A stretch of DNA of 64,000 bases from Octopus sinensis (GCF_006345805.1 NC_043008.1:77376001-77440000), one strand, 5' to 3'. Positions 13,466 to 27,276 are shown, counted from the first letter of the stretch. Made by a program: numbers and translations. The notes: generated by a model not told the origin, from the letters alone.

Positions 13466-14248
13466 CGCGGCTGAAAAGTTTATAGGCTGACCAAGATACT
13501 CTCATGGAATGTGACCAAATGAGGTTTATTTTCCAGCATAGTCCCCCTTGTAGTCCACGATGTTGCAGTGCTTGGATCCAATTGGTGAAAAAGCTTTCAT
13601 CTTGTTGCACAGAAAAGTAATCAAGTAATCTCTTTGTCTCTGGCTCAAAGTGAGTTAGTAAGAGTTCAAGGAAACCAACTGGATATACTTCAAACAACGT
13701 CAGATTACCCCACAATGTGACCGACCTGGTGCCAGAAGACGTGACACCTACCGAGAAGAATCCTTCGTCATACCAAATCCTTTGTGCAGAATATTCTCAA
13801 CTCCCTCGCGGGATATGCTAATAGCATTGGCTATTTGATTCATTGTCAATTGCTTGGGGTGGACACAATGTTTTCCTCGATGGTAGAAATTGCAGGACAT
13901 CCAGAACTGGGATCATCTTCAAAACTCTCCCTTCCCCTCCTAAGTTCAATTGCCCACATTTGTACTTTTGATAAAGCTGCAGCGTCATTCCTTAATGTAG
14001 CAACCATATCAACATGAATGTGGCTGGAGGCTAAACCGTTTTTCTCAAGGTACTTGATAACACCACGATGCCAAAATTTGTCAATTTTTCAAGAGAAGTC
14101 GCTCCTAGTCACTTTTAGAGTCTTCTCTGAAAATCAGATGTCAGTTTACTTGAAAAGAAACAATGTAGTTGAAATGAATACGTAGAAGATTTCACAGCTC
14201 TAGCATCACTCCTTCATAGTCACCTATGAACTTTCCACCCCACCCTGG
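13466..14248 (-). mobile_element. Internally deleted mariner transposon relic
   Basis: TA-flanked degenerate TIRs (GCTGAAAAGTTTATAGGCTGAC / GTCACCTATGAACTTTCCACC); minus-strand peptide WHRGVIKYLEKNG..HIHVDMVATL..WAIELRRGRESFEDDPSSGCP and a decayed WVPR-type motif. Confidence 0.85.
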
Positions 14249-16199
14249 TATGTGCGAATATAGAATATGTAGCACGTGTGAATGCGCGCGTACGTTTGTA
14301 TGAAATGAATATGTGGATTCTATAAGAGTGGTTATAGTGGCTCTTGTTACCCAGTGTTGTTTTGTCCGACGTCCCACAAACGTTTGCTAAAACATGGTCA
14401 GCCTACGACCGGTTTTTACCTATATACAATATTCACAGTTTTCATGTTATACACTGGATGACATTCAAGGTGACGCGTGTGAAGCAGTCATCTTATGCAC
14501 TGCTCACAGTTCACCTTAGAATTCATTTTAATAGCAAATAAATACTTCAGAGTCTCTGGTTGTTCATTTGTGATTTAATTACTAATACTTATATTAAAAG
14601 TCCATATGACACACATTTAATTTCCTGCAAATAAAGTACAGCAAAGAAGTATGTATATTTTTCGGAAGCTTCTTTTCTCTGGTTACTGAAACTATTTATC
14701 AAAAAACGAACTAGATGTTGAAAATTACTTTTTGAAGCTATCAGTTATACCATGATAGTTATTCAAGTGTTTCTAATTGTAGTAATTAAAGATTTGATCA
14801 ACAACGCTCTAATAGATGCTCCAGTTAGTTTTAATTACTTAATATTTTTTTTTAATTAGACATAAACATGCTTCCAAGATATTTCAAAGAATTTTGATAC
14901 CTTTAAAGCTATTTAGTGAGTAATAAGAGTTACAGATGGTTTAAATTATTCATGATTGACACGTTATCAGAAAGTTAGTTCAGTGTAAAGGAAGCAGAAC
15001 AGCAATTAGATTAAAAACACCTAATTAGTATGCATGTTTAGGAAGTTGGTATGAATGTTTAGGAAGTTGATGTTTCTAACAGGAATAAAATATTCCAACT
15101 GCCGTTTCAGGATTTAAATGTTCATTTTTCTAAACCAACTCTGTGTTTGTGTATGTGTGGGTGTGTATTTGTGAGCATGTGTGTGAGTGCATGTGCGTGT
15201 GTGCGCACGCGCGCGTGCATGCATGCATGCAAATAGCAGAGTTTGGTTTTGGGGGTTGAAAATGCACTTTACATACTAAATTTAGTTGAGTTCCATTCCA
15301 CCACTAACTCATTCCGTTCAACCATATGACTAGTCTGCTTGACTTCACTACTTCCACTATGGCGTATAACTCCACGATAGACACGTGGTCTTCGGAGGCT
15401 ATCAGGATATGAGTATACAGAGCCAAACGTCAACACACACACCAATGTTTCTATCCGCGACCTTTGTGTTTCTTCTGCTTGTATCATACTGTGCCGGCGT
15501 CTTACACACGAACCATGCCTGCCCACCTTCTCGATCTATGCACGTGCTCTGTCCCTATTGAAGGAACTTATACATTTTCGGCCAGGGGTGCGATTCCTAG
15601 TTCTCGGGTATATGGAGAGCCCTTTCTTGCTTTGAAAACTAAAGGTGTGTCACTTTCTTCCTTGGTCATCCTTGGTTGAATTCCTCAGACAAATAATGCA
15701 TTATTTTTTGTGAAAAAATTGTTTTTCCATACTTATTCTTTTGTCTGGAGCTGACAAACACCTCCCTTCTACTAGCAACTATAGCAAAAGACGAGTTATA
15801 GTTGATGTTATTTGAATATTTGTTTTCATTTAAGATATTTTTCATTACTTTTTCATTTGAGTTTCTCAAATTTAATCGTTTGCTTTTTGTAAACTGTCAT
15901 TTTTTTCAGGTTTAATTTTTAAAATTCTTAGTGTTTTAAAAAACCTTGAAAAAATATTCACTTCCCTTCCTATTGCCATGGTTGGAGCCAATTTGGTTCA
16001 CAAGTAATCAATATATTTGGGACCAGGCCAAAATACATAAAAACAATGTCAGACAATACTTACTTTCTATCCCAATTAAAGGGGATATATGTTTAAATAT
16101 ATCAAACCCCACTCTTTTTACGGGTGAAAATATCTTCTAAGTAGAGTACTGTGAAACAACTGTTCACAACCAATAATAACAACAACAACAACAACAACC

Positions 16200-16735
16200 A
16201 GGCAGTGGCTCACATGGCTTTTGATCTTAACTGATTGGAAGTGTCATCATGTACATTGTTTTGTCTTGGTATAAAAAATGGACTACAGCAAATATTCTGC
16301 CCAATACCACATATTTGCTTGTCAGTTGTTTGACCATAACCAGTTGAGCATGTCCCTTAGTGGCTGACGATATGTGCATCTCACGAGCATCATAGCCATG
16401 TACTAAGAGGAATTCTGTGGGTTTTGAATAATTCACCTCTGGAACGCGAGTGTTTTGTTCATCATCATTAAAACAAACCTTATTCAGGGAACTTTTGAGT
16501 AGGATGGGCTACTGAACCTGAAGAAAATTCTAACTGGGACCCACCTGCAACAAGGTCATGCACTGTTTATCTTGATATGAGATCACCATGTCACGCACAT
16601 ATGATTGTGATGCATGTGCTTTGTGTACTCTTATTAGACGAGTAGTCATGATGGGTATATTGGGCTCCATGTATTTGTACTCCAGTGTCACTAAGATGGC
16701 ATGCGCTGCTCTCTCACTCAATAATAATAATGATG
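16200..16735 (+). repeat. Probable LINE 3' UTR relic ending in (AAT)n
   Basis: Non-coding block ending CTGCTCTCTCACTC(AAT)n, with the end duplicated at 16757; family not assignable. Confidence 0.4.
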
Positions 16736-16807
16736 ATAAATGCCTGATGGCAGGCACTGCTCTCTCATTCAATAATGATGATGATGATGATAATGACGTT
16801 GATGATG

Positions 16808-16915
16808 AGAAGAAGAAGAAGAAGAAGAAGAAGAAGAAGAAGAAGAAGAAGAAGAAGAGAAGAAGAAGAAGAAGAAGAAGAAGAAGAAGAAGAAGAAGAA
16901 GAAGAAGAAGAAGAA
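16808..16915. repeat. (GAA)n microsatellite
   Basis: Directly visible. Confidence 0.97.
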
Positions 16916-17110
16916 TTCCCTTTTACCATAGGCAGAAGCCCAGGAATTTGTGGTGAGAGGGCTAGTCGACCTCAGTATTTGACTGATGCCTATTTGAAGG
17001 ATGAAAGGCAAAGTCGACCCCGGCGAAATTTGAACTAGAATATAAAGATGAACGCAATGTCGCTAAGTATTTCGCCCGGAGTTCTAAAAATTCTACCAAC
17101 TCGCCGCGTG
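16916..17110 (-). mobile_element. SINE family B copy
   Basis: GAAGGATGAAAGGCAAAGTCGACCCCGGCGAAATTTGAACT. Confidence 0.8.
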
Positions 17111-17249
17111 AATAAGGATTTATCAGCAGCTGAATGTAAAAAGTTAACAGCAGTGAGAGAATAGGTGGTTTTGGAGTAGCATCATGGATAATGGATGACA
17201 GCATAATGAAGATGTTGAAGGGTTGAAGGATTTAAGATTGGAGAAATAT

Positions 17250-19466
17250 GGAGTGAAACAGGGCAATAACAAGTGACATGGTGATTGTGTAGACAACAAA
17301 GATTCCAAACTGGAAATTCCCAGGACCGGATGGAGCACAAGGTATGCACTGATAAATTTCCCAGCACTACACAAAAAATTAGCTGCGCAAAATAATCAAC
17401 AACGGAGCGGAAATCATAAAGTGGTTGACCACAGGTAAAACGATTCTTTTCCAAAAGGATCCCAGTAAATGTAATACAGTGGATAATTATCGGCCTATCT
17501 CCTGCCTGCACCCTGATGTGGAAGTTGATGACGAATAATACCTAATTGTGTGTATAACTTCCTGGAACTGAATGACAAACTGCCAGTGGAACAGAAGGGA
17601 TGCAAGAGGAAAAGCCGAGGGAGACAAAAATCAACTTCTGATAGACAGAATGGTACTGAACGACTGTAAGAAAAGACCTTAACCTGAGTATGGCGTGGAT
17701 CAATTATAAGAAATCGTATGACATGGTTCCCCTTTCCTAGATTTTAGAAAGTCTTCAAGTGGTACAGGTGTCTGATCAAGAGATCAATGAAGATCTGGAA
17801 TACAGAGTTACCATCATGTGGACAATTTTTAGCATATTTCAGGGGGAGATATATTTCAGGGAGATAGCCTGTCCCCATTACTAGTTGGTAGAATTTTAGA
17901 ACTCCGGGCGAAATACTTAGTGACATTTCGTTCATCTTTACATTCTAGTACAAATTCTAGTACGATACCCCTCACACAAATACTACGGAAAGTGAAATCA
18001 GAGTACACATTGAAAAGTTGAGAGAAATTAAATCATCTGTTATATATGGATGACTTAAAGATCGGAAGACCGAACGTGAAATAAATGGTCTGATCTCAAC
18101 AGTGCAGATATTCAGTTAGGTTATTGAAATGGAATTTGGGAATAAAAGTGTGGTATGCTTATGATACAAAAAAAGGCTAAGTAGTATCGTCTGATGGTGT
18201 AGAACTACTCAGCAGTGAGAAAATCAAAGATGTTGAGACTAATGGATACAAGTATCTGGATATTTTGAAGTATGACAAATTCAAGGAGATGAAAGAGAGC
18301 TTTAGGCGAGAAATTAATTATGGCAAGTAGACTCAATGGAAAGAACAAGATGAGGGTAATGAACACATGGGCTGTTTCTTTAATGCGATACGCCGCAGGT
18401 GTCGTTAGATGTACAAGGAACGAGCTTGAGGAAATGGATACAAGAACCAGGGAAGTGATAGAAATTAACAGAGAACTGCACCCATTGATATTGATAGACT
18501 GTATGTGCCTAGAAACAAGGGAGGAAGTGGCCTTATAGGATGCAAGATCTGTGTTGCCAATGAGAAGAACAGTCTGGGATGGTACATCAAACAGCAGAGT
18601 GAATCCTGTCTTGTCGCTGTTAGAAATGATAATACGATACCTACCGAAAATGTGACGCATCCAAAAACATTTAAGAAACAAAATGAAGAACAAGGAATAA
18701 ACAATTAGAAAATGAAAACAATGCATAGGCAGTACCTCAGAGAAATTGAAGGGAAGATCAACACCTGGAGATGGCTAAGGAAAAGTGACCTGAAAGGATG
18801 CACTGAGCATTGTTATGCAGTGCTCAGGGAAAAAGTTCTGAGAACTAATTACACCAAGTTCCAAATAGATAAGAGCGGTGAATCGCCCATTTGTAGGGTG
18901 TGTGGTAGCAAAAACAAAATAATTTCACATATTGTGAGTGAGTGTTGCAAGCTGGCCCAAATGCACTACAAAAGCAGGCATGATAACGTGGCTAAGTCTG
19001 TTCACTGGAGATTATGTGAAAAGTATGGTCTGGATAGAGCACGGAAACAGTAGGAACATTAGCCAGAGGGCGTCACCGAGAACAATGAATATAAGACCCC
19101 GTGGGATTTACAAACCAATATGACTCCCTAATCTATGCTCGGAGACCAGACATTGTTGTGAGGTTGACAAAAGAGAAAAGGAAACTGAGATCATAGATAT
19201 TGCAATAGTTTGGGTGCACGCGCAGATGACAAAGAACTGGAAAAGATGGAGAAATACACACTACTCAAAAACGAAATTGCGAGAATGTAGGCTACGGGGA
19301 TAATAACTGTTATCCCAATAGTTGTGGGGGCACTCGAAGCACTAACGACTATGTTCGAGAAATATGCCGAAAAAATTGGAATTGACATGAAGGTAGAGCA
19401 GGCCCCAAAACTACTCTTGGTGCTTGGTTGTTGAGTGTCTTTCAACACCCAAGCACCAATCCCTTG

Positions 19467-19470
<4 letters not shown>
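17250..19470 (+). pseudogene. Degenerate R4/Dong-like non-LTR retrotransposon (RT, zinc knuckle, restriction-like endonuclease)
   Basis: Frameshifted motifs in order: PNWKFPGPDG, NYRPISCL, EQKGCKRKSRG, AWI.YKKSYDMVP, IFQGDSLSPL, HLLYMDDLK, YKYL, LNGKNKMRVMNTWAV, PRNKGGSGL, CRVC..HIVSEC..RHDNVA, RRPDIV, IPIVVGAL; followed by (TAC)n(GAT)n. Confidence 0.88.
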
Positions 19471-19540
<70 letters not shown>

Positions 19541-20120
19541 CGACGATGATTTAGATACAACGCTAGCAGTTTTGAGGGAAGGCGAAGCGCGTCGATATTA
19601 TTAACTCAAGTACTAGACCGATACTTTATTTTATCGACTCTGGAAGTATAACATTTGACTGCGGCAGGATTTGAATAAATCAACAGAAATTTATTCTTAT
19701 TGTATAAGAAAGACAAAGATTGAAAATGTAAGAAACTGTATTTGATAGGATAGATTCCACAATGATGAAAATTTTTATTCCTTAACGAAAAGTATGGTTT
19801 TGGATTTTAGCAATTCCTACCTGGTTTTCTTTTATATCCAATTAGCTTTCGCGAAGAACAAAAAGAAACAGAAACATGTCTTCTCAGATTATACAGAGGA
19901 CGACGCGAATGAGAGGTGTCATGCGTCTCTAGCGAACTAACTTTATTTATACAAAACACATTTAGCAAAACCAAATTTTGCCAAAGAATTGCGGCAGCAT
20001 AAATTAACTAAAAATACTTTGGATATAGAAATAGCAAATATTGTTGATCTAATCTCAAATACAACAGACTGCTGAGTGTTGAACTAATATCTCCTCTCTC
20101 TCTCTCTATCTACATACACG

Positions 20121-20151
<31 letters not shown>

Positions 20152-20934
20152 CACACACACACACACACACCACACACACACACACACACACAGGTTAGTG
20201 AGGACAGATAGCAACATTGAAGTTTATCTGTAATATTTCATTGAAGCAGAATGTAAAGTGTTCAAAGTGAGAAGGTGAAGTAATGGGCCGTAAGACTCAC
20301 GAAGCAACACCAAAAGAAAATAATATCATTAGTGTGTGTGTGTGTAAAGGTGTAATGGCATTTCAGCGATGAAATAGATAATTTGAGTAGATAATGATTG
20401 TGGAGTTATTTGTAGTAGAGTTACTGGCTGCAATCAATTTAATGCCACATGCTTGACTAGGACTGTCAAAACTTCACGCTCACAACATCTATATAGTCAA
20501 CCATAAAAAGATTTGCTGTCGGTCCTTCATTCCATCATAGGAATCCCATAATTACAGTTACATGAAGGTTAATTAACAGACGTTATTGTCAGGAAACTAG
20601 CGAACCCAAAGACACCATCTTCAAAGAAATGATTAATGTTTTATAACATTAGCATAAGACCACACAATTGGAAGAAAGGGATAGATGAGTAGATCCACCC
20701 AGTATAAGACGAGTACTTTATAATATCCACTCAGAAAGAATGAAAAGTAAATTTGACTGTATTTGACTAAAGCTTTACAAGCAATTCAGTAACCAAAGAC
20801 ATAAGCTTAGGTGACGACGATGACGACGACACTGTCGTCGCCACCATTGCGATATCAGTAAAAAGAAGAGTCAACGGTTCATACCTCGTGACCGCCACTA
20901 TTTGTTATAAAGTGCTTTATTCTCAAATAATTCA

Positions 20935-21950
20935 CTCCACTTTGTGGTAAATAGTTACAATGGTAGATAGAGATAGCCTACTAGTGGCTCTGGTAGACCC
21001 TCTGAAGAGAGATAGACGCACTGGAATTCGTTCCGCTTGGAACTGCAGGAAAGAGGTGTGAGAGGAGATAATTCCAGAGAGCCGGGACATAGTGGCCAGC
21101 GTGGGGTACGTGATTGGGATACAATACGAAGAAAATGGGGGGAAAAGAGTGGATGTAGAACAAACCCAACTAGATGCGAAGAGAAGAGGCTTTTGTACAT
21201 TGGCGTAGCTCGAGTGTGTGCCGCCCAGTGCGGCCCTTCCGTTTGCCACCCCTGGACTCCATAAAAAACAAATATTGCCTACAGCAGACCCAAAAGTGCC
21301 GCCCCTACGCCCACTCCACCCCCGCTAGCTACGCTAGTGCCTTTGTAGTAGTAGCAGAAAACTCGAGAGAGGAAACACAGTAGGTCTGTGAGCTAGAGAT
21401 TGGTGTATATTGTTGAGTGACTTTACGCCAGTCAGTCGAGCGCTCTTCTCTTGGTGCAGTGTAATATGTCTGTGTTGCATCAACACAACAGCAGTATTGT
21501 GAGCAACGCTTCATTATGGGCCTCTCTTGAACTTTGTAGAGGGCTAATAGAAGTTTGGAGATGAAATAATATCTGGCCAAGAAAGACCAACTTTGGAGAG
21601 TTAAGGATACACCTTCACCACCGGGCATTTGAAACGATCACATGGGATCTAGAAGCGTCCGTTTCAAGTTTAAGTGAGGGATGGTGGGGTGACGATGTCC
21701 CCTTAATATGCCCACAGATTTTTTTTGCCGTTGAAAGAGACAAGATGTGGCATAGCCTCAGTGGAGGATGTTTTCAAGGTCTCTGTTTGCAGAGACAAAG
21801 AAGACTTGGTGTGAAGTGTCTATGTTGAAATGGGATAACGTTTTGTGACAGAGTTTTGAGATGAATGAATGCGTAAGAATGGATGTTGAAGTGGCAGTAA
21901 GCAAGTCTTTGTTAGTCTATAGGTAATAAGTAATCAAATCACTTTCTGAC
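20935..21950 (-). mobile_element. Highly degenerate CR1-group (L2/Crack-like) LINE 3' relic
   Basis: Minus peptides ARYYFISKLLLALYKVQERPIMKRCS and LWNYLLSHLFP resemble the LYKAQVRPxxEYCS / WNSLP motifs of CR1-group ORF2 ends; boundaries approximate. Confidence 0.6.
21198..21339. mobile_element. 142-bp hAT-like MITE nested in the LINE relic
   Basis: TIRs CATTGGCGTAGCT / AGCTACGCTAGTG; 8-bp TSD CTTTTGTA / CCTTTGTA (7/8). Confidence 0.8.
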
Positions 21951-23602
21951 GTGCTTCACGAACAGAGTGAGTTGTTTTAAAACAAATTATCACGATAGGG
22001 AATACAAAAATAAAATCATTTATGATGAGGACATTGATTATAAACATGATTCAATCAGGCCTACTGTCGCCTATAAATGAAAAAGGGCCGTAGTTAAATC
22101 TGTAGAGGATCCTTATCGCAATATCTCATGAAATGAGGTATTCATGTATTGAAATGTATTAGAATTCCATTAAGAAGCTTTTATCGACTGTTGCTTGGAA
22201 ATATATCTCAGCTTTTAGATTCTGATGACGACTGTAATTGTAGAGAACTTTTCACTTATGTGCACTCGTTAGTAAGAACGGATGTGGTCACGAGAGAAGA
22301 AAGGGTAAAAAAATAAAACTTGCACAAGACGCCATTGTCAATTAACACAGAATGGGGAGTTTCTATTAGATAATTGTGTTTAAGGAGTGAATATTTGATA
22401 ATTCTATGTTGACATAAAACACAAGTTGTGTAGAATTAGACAAGATTTACTTGGTTATATCAAAACCCATATTCTCTTGATAATATGTTCAACACGAAAT
22501 AAAAGTAAAATGAGAGACACATAAATAAGTGAAAGTGAGGTGTTGTTTTGTAATAGCGGGAATAAAAATACACTCTTTTTAGGTCAGTTCTGATTCGATA
22601 AATCTATGATTAAAGTGATTCCAGCTATGCCCAATCCACCTTACTTACAGACATAATATATGTATAATTATCATTGTGTCCTTCCTTATTTTGAGACAGT
22701 ATGGTATAATTTGTAAAAGATATAGCTACTATTTTGAACAGTCTGAGCAACAACGTAGAGCAGGAGTGCAAACCCCTTGTTTGCACTTGCACTCAAATAT
22801 GAAACCCTTCACTAAAGACCTACATAAAAATCCTTTAAAACATAACACCAAAAATGTTTCAAGTTATACATGTATGAGTTTGGATGACTTAAAGACTCTT
22901 TGTATTTATTATTATTGATTCCTTTCCTCCTACCCCGGTTCTTATACACCAAGGATTCACTTGTGGGATTAAAGAACTGGTATGGAGACATTGGCTTGCA
23001 AACAAGAATATGAATATGACGGAGATAGAAACATGATGGGCAAGAAAGATACAAAATTACAACCTGAGAATGGCATAGTCAAAGTATTGAAATATTGGGG
23101 TTCAAACAACGAGCTGCAAGAGGGACTCAGTTGCTAAAATGTTTAGTTACTTCTGTATTTGATGATTAAGGACATCACAACAGAATGCATACGATTTCAA
23201 ATCTCTCACTGACTGACTGAGAAACTGATTTTCCTTTCTATAATTTCTCACATACGTGTGTGTGTGTGAGAAAGAGAGAGAGTGAGAGGGAGGGAGAGAG
23301 AGAGAAAGAGAGTGAGAGAGAGAGATATCATGGTTGGACACCGAACGGGTAGGAAAGAGATTTGTAGAAGTATATCTCTTAAGAATGACTGGCTGGGCAT
23401 CAAAATCGAATCAGTAATATACCTAACTCTTAGTTAACGTCTTTCATTTACTCGCAGAGGGAGGGACAAGTGCAGAATAGAGGAGGAAATATATATAACG
23501 TTGCGTTAAATTTCATTTTTTATACTGTATTGATCAAATCATACTTATAATATGATGGCCAATAATGATTAGGAACATTGAGATGGACATGATGTGTGCA
23601 TG

Positions 23603-23760
23603 CCGGGTCGGACTGAAAGTATTCAGGGACCTCGGGCATAACTGTCTACTGGGCTTCTTTGAATGTGCTTTTTAGTAGAGTTAATATGTAGAGTGCGAGC
23701 CCCTCAGAGCTCCGGGCCCTAGGGCAGTGCCCAATTGACTGACGGCTCAGTCCGCTCCTA
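23603..23760. mobile_element. 158-bp hAT-like MITE
   Basis: TIRs CCGGGTCGGACTG / CAGTCCGCTCCTA; 8-bp TSD TGTGCATG / TATGCATG (7/8). Confidence 0.7.
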
Positions 23761-23765
23761 TATGC

Positions 23766-23808
<43 letters not shown>

Positions 23809-23889
23809 TATACACACACACACACACACAAACGTACATATATACATACATTCACACATGTATGTATATATTGTGTATATATATATAAA

Positions 23890-24920
23890 CAAGATGTTCG
23901 GGCTAAATTTGATGATTTTTATGTCTCCTTATTTTTCAGGAATTGCTCGATGTATTGGTGTACGGTCAACAACGTTGGAGAGCATAAAGATTAAAGTTGT
24001 AGTTGAGAAAAATTTAGCTAACACAGAGGACTGGAAGCCATCGGAATAAACTGGTACTCCGTCGATTAGAACGATGAGGTTCCAGTTAATCCGATCAACG
24101 GAACAGTCTGCTCGTGAAATTGTAGTGCAAGCGCCTGCGCAGTCTACAGACACGCGTACCCTTAACGTAGTGTTCAGGAAGATTCAGCATGACACTAAAT
24201 GTGACAAGGCTGGCCCTTTGAAATATAGATACTGCTCATTTTTGCAAGCTGAGTGGACTGGATCAACAAGAAATAAAGTGTCTAGCTCAAGGACACAACG
24301 CTCCACCGGGAATCGAATTCACGAATTTATGATCGTGAGCCGAATACTCTAAGCACTAATCAAGCCATCTGTATATTTGAAAAGAGTTTTCTGTATGCTG
24401 TATCAAAATATCGCCGTCATGACTGCTGCTCATTGCTCTGTGAACACTGTAAAAGCTGTTAGACATGGGCTACGAAGCCGTGGTTAGCAGGATAGGGCAC
24501 AACAGGCGTTCTGTTTATCCTTACATCTTTGAACACAGTTTTAGGCTCATTTCAGACAGCTATGTGAAGCTGCTGGGATTGTGGTCAAACCCTGGCTGGA
24601 GAGAGTTGCTGCTGCAAGGCCATATGTTTTGAAGCAGGATTTGGCTCATTGTCATACCCATGGAAAGAGTTTGATGTGGCTGTCGGATAATTTCTATGAC
24701 TTAACCAGTTGGTGGCGAAGATCAAGATGTTCGAAGATCTTCGGAGGGACACGGTAAGGAAAACATGCGTTAGATTTCGCGGAAACTAAAGGCGGCTACT
24801 TTCAGTAAACTTCCAGTCATAAACTAGTTGATTGTTTTTGATATTTAAAAAAAAAACCTTTTATTTTTGGATGTTATGTTTTCTTTTCCTATTATATAAA
24901 ATTGTCGAATTTAGCCCGAA

Positions 24921-24927
<7 letters not shown>
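23890..24927 (+). mobile_element. Internally deleted Tc1/mariner (maT/DD37D-like) transposon with a nested SINE
   Basis: ~27-bp TIRs CAAGATGTTCGGGCTAAATTTGATGAT / ATTGTCGAATTTAGCCCGAATACCCTA in TA context; peptide VVKPWLERVAAARPYVLKQDLAHCHT..KSLMWLSDNFYD (catalytic QDxAPxH region). Confidence 0.8.
24040..24362 (-). mobile_element. tRNA-derived SINE (family C)
   Basis: Minus head TAGTGCTTAGAGTATTCGGCTCACGATC...AATTCGATTCCCGG then TGTGTCCTTGAGCTAGACACTTTATTTC. Confidence 0.75.
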
Positions 24928-25004
<77 letters not shown>

Positions 25005-25005
<1 letters not shown>

Positions 25006-25270
25006 TAGATCCCCTTTGGTCATGAATGATCATGACCATGGGATTGCACCTAGACAGTTCCCCTCCCAGGTACAAGTCCGAGCAAGATTGTTTATGCAAG
25101 ACCAACAGTAACCCATGCATACCACCCTCCCCTCTCCACCACACCGATATTATCCTAGGGAAATGCAAAGGCTGATACAACTTGGCACCAGTAACGTTGC
25201 AGCTCATTTCTACAGTTGAGTGAACTGGAGCAACGTAAAATAAAGTGTCTTGCGCAAGAACACAACACAA
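25005..25270 (-). mobile_element. SINE fragment related to family C
   Basis: TGAGTGAACTGGAGCAACGTAAAATAAAGTGTCTTGCGCAAGAACACAAC shared with 24250-24300. Confidence 0.65.
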
Positions 25271-25882
25271 AATGAGTTCAATAAGCAAACGACGAGAGAA
25301 ATAAATGGAAAACAGGACAAGTAACATAAAGAACGACCCTCCATGAGTTGTCGGCTGTCTATCTACTCCTCATTTCGAGCATTGAACGACAATATGAGTT
25401 TCAGAGGACAGTTGCACCCATAAGTACCAAAATGAAATTTGGGATTTATGGAGGGTTAAAGTTGGGAACAGAGAGAGGACAGAGGAGGCATACAAGGAAA
25501 CTGAACAAAAACAAACATGGAGGGTCGTTACACAAGAACGAGTGTAAAATAGCGGACGCTGGAGAAATATTTTCTTTGACAAGAAGAAATATAGGAGAGA
25601 TAGGTTACGTCCAGTCTTTAGGACAGCCCTGAAAGAAAAGCAAGATGATCACGTGAGAAAAAGAAAGATGGACGATGGTCACGTGTGAGCAACGAGAGAG
25701 AGAGAGAGAGAGTAAAGGAGAAAAAGGGGAAGAGAGACAGATAGAAAACGGTGAAGGGGAGAAGAAGGGAATCAGAGAAAGGATGAGAAAGAAAATGATA
25801 GGGGAGAAAACAGTATAGAGTAGAGTCGCAACAAAAAGATTAAGATAAACTTACATGGAAATGGAAGCGTGGCGTTCAGTCA

Positions 25883-25916
<34 letters not shown>

Positions 25917-26040
25917 TATGCTATATGGGTACACGACGTGACCAACAGTAAACAACATGAAATACGAAAATAAATGAGTTCAATATGCAAACAACGAGAA
26001 AAACAAATGGAAAACAGGACAAGTAACATAAAGAAGGACA
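25270..26040. repeat. Unclassified repeat with a ~65-bp terminal direct repeat (partial tandem, Penelope-pLTR-like)
   Basis: AAATGAGTTCAATA.GCAAAC.ACGAGA.AAA.AAATGGAAAACAGGACAAGTAACATAAAGAA at ~25270 and ~25972. Confidence 0.5.
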
Positions 26041-26055
26041 TATATATATATATAT

Positions 26056-27216
26056 TGTTACGGAACGGACTGGATCGCCCGTCGTCGCCCGTCCCGAACG
26101 GCTCACACAAGTTCCGCCACGGAGCCCAAGGGGGCGGAGAGAGGAGAGATACAACAGATAGATACTGCCACAACAACAACCTCAGCAGCACAGAGATACA
26201 GAGGCACAACCCGAGATACAACCCAAAGAGAGGCAAGGCAACAGAGACACTGGCTTATATTCAAACAACAGTTTATATGACAATCAATTGCTACACATCA
26301 AATACATTTAAGGCAGACATTTAAAGGAAGACATGCACGTGACTACTCAATACATCATACAACAGATCAACGCATAATACAACATCATGTAACAATTCAA
26401 GTGTACACGTCCCAAGACAACAGTTCTTTAAAGTCTCTTCCTAAACATCAGAATCAACAAGTCCTTTACTCTTCTTCTTCACAATGTCCTTTATCGACCA
26501 CATCGACAGAGTCCTGGACTGTTCTTTTCACTGTTCAATACACCGTGACACATATCAATGCACAAACACATACCTCAATTCCTAATTGAATCTGCCAGTA
26601 TCCCATTCCTCTCTATACTGCTAAATCCTCTGAATACCGTTAATTCCCTTCTGTGCCGCCAAGCGTTCTCGCATCCAACTTGCTCCTAAAATTCCAACGC
26701 TTCTCCTTAAATCCAAGGTCCGTCTGTCTTCTTCGAGGACCGGCCAGCGACTCCAAGATCCGTCTGTGTTCCTCGACGACCGCTCAACGACTGCCCAGAA
26801 CCTCACTTCCTTGTCCTGACTTCCACTCCCTCATCTCCCTCTGTTCTACCACCTATAGTCTTTCTATTTGCTATCTGATTCCTTACTCTATCTATATCGC
26901 CTACTGTCCCTTAGCCTCTCTATCTGTCCCTTAGTCTTATACTCTATCTCTCTCATGACAGCTCTACCAAACTCTCTGCCTGTCCTTCTCTCCTACTGTC
27001 AATACCCTCTCCATCTGCTCTTAGATTCCTTAATCTGTCCTCCTCTTCACTTCTTCAAGGGGTGCCCAGAGCGACCCCTAATTCACCCGCACAAGGTCAC
27101 AGGTCATTCCAAAACCCATTAGTCCTCCATTAAACAAAAGACTGTCACTTTTCTACTAGACATGCCGGAACCATAATTCCAATGTGGGTCACCGGGAAAT
27201 GCACCAGCTAAACCGT

Positions 27217-27220
<4 letters not shown>
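26056..27220. mobile_element. Solo-LTR-like element (Gypsy-type ends), 1165 bp
   Basis: Ends TGTTACGG...CCGTAACA (perfect 8-bp IR, TG..CA); ATAT on both sides inside (TA)n; GC-richer than flanks; no recognisable ORF. Confidence 0.75.

Positions 27221-27276
<56 letters not shown>

Noticed and set aside
16588-17038. Poly-K/R/E ORFs
   Set aside because: (GAT)n and (GAA)n microsatellites
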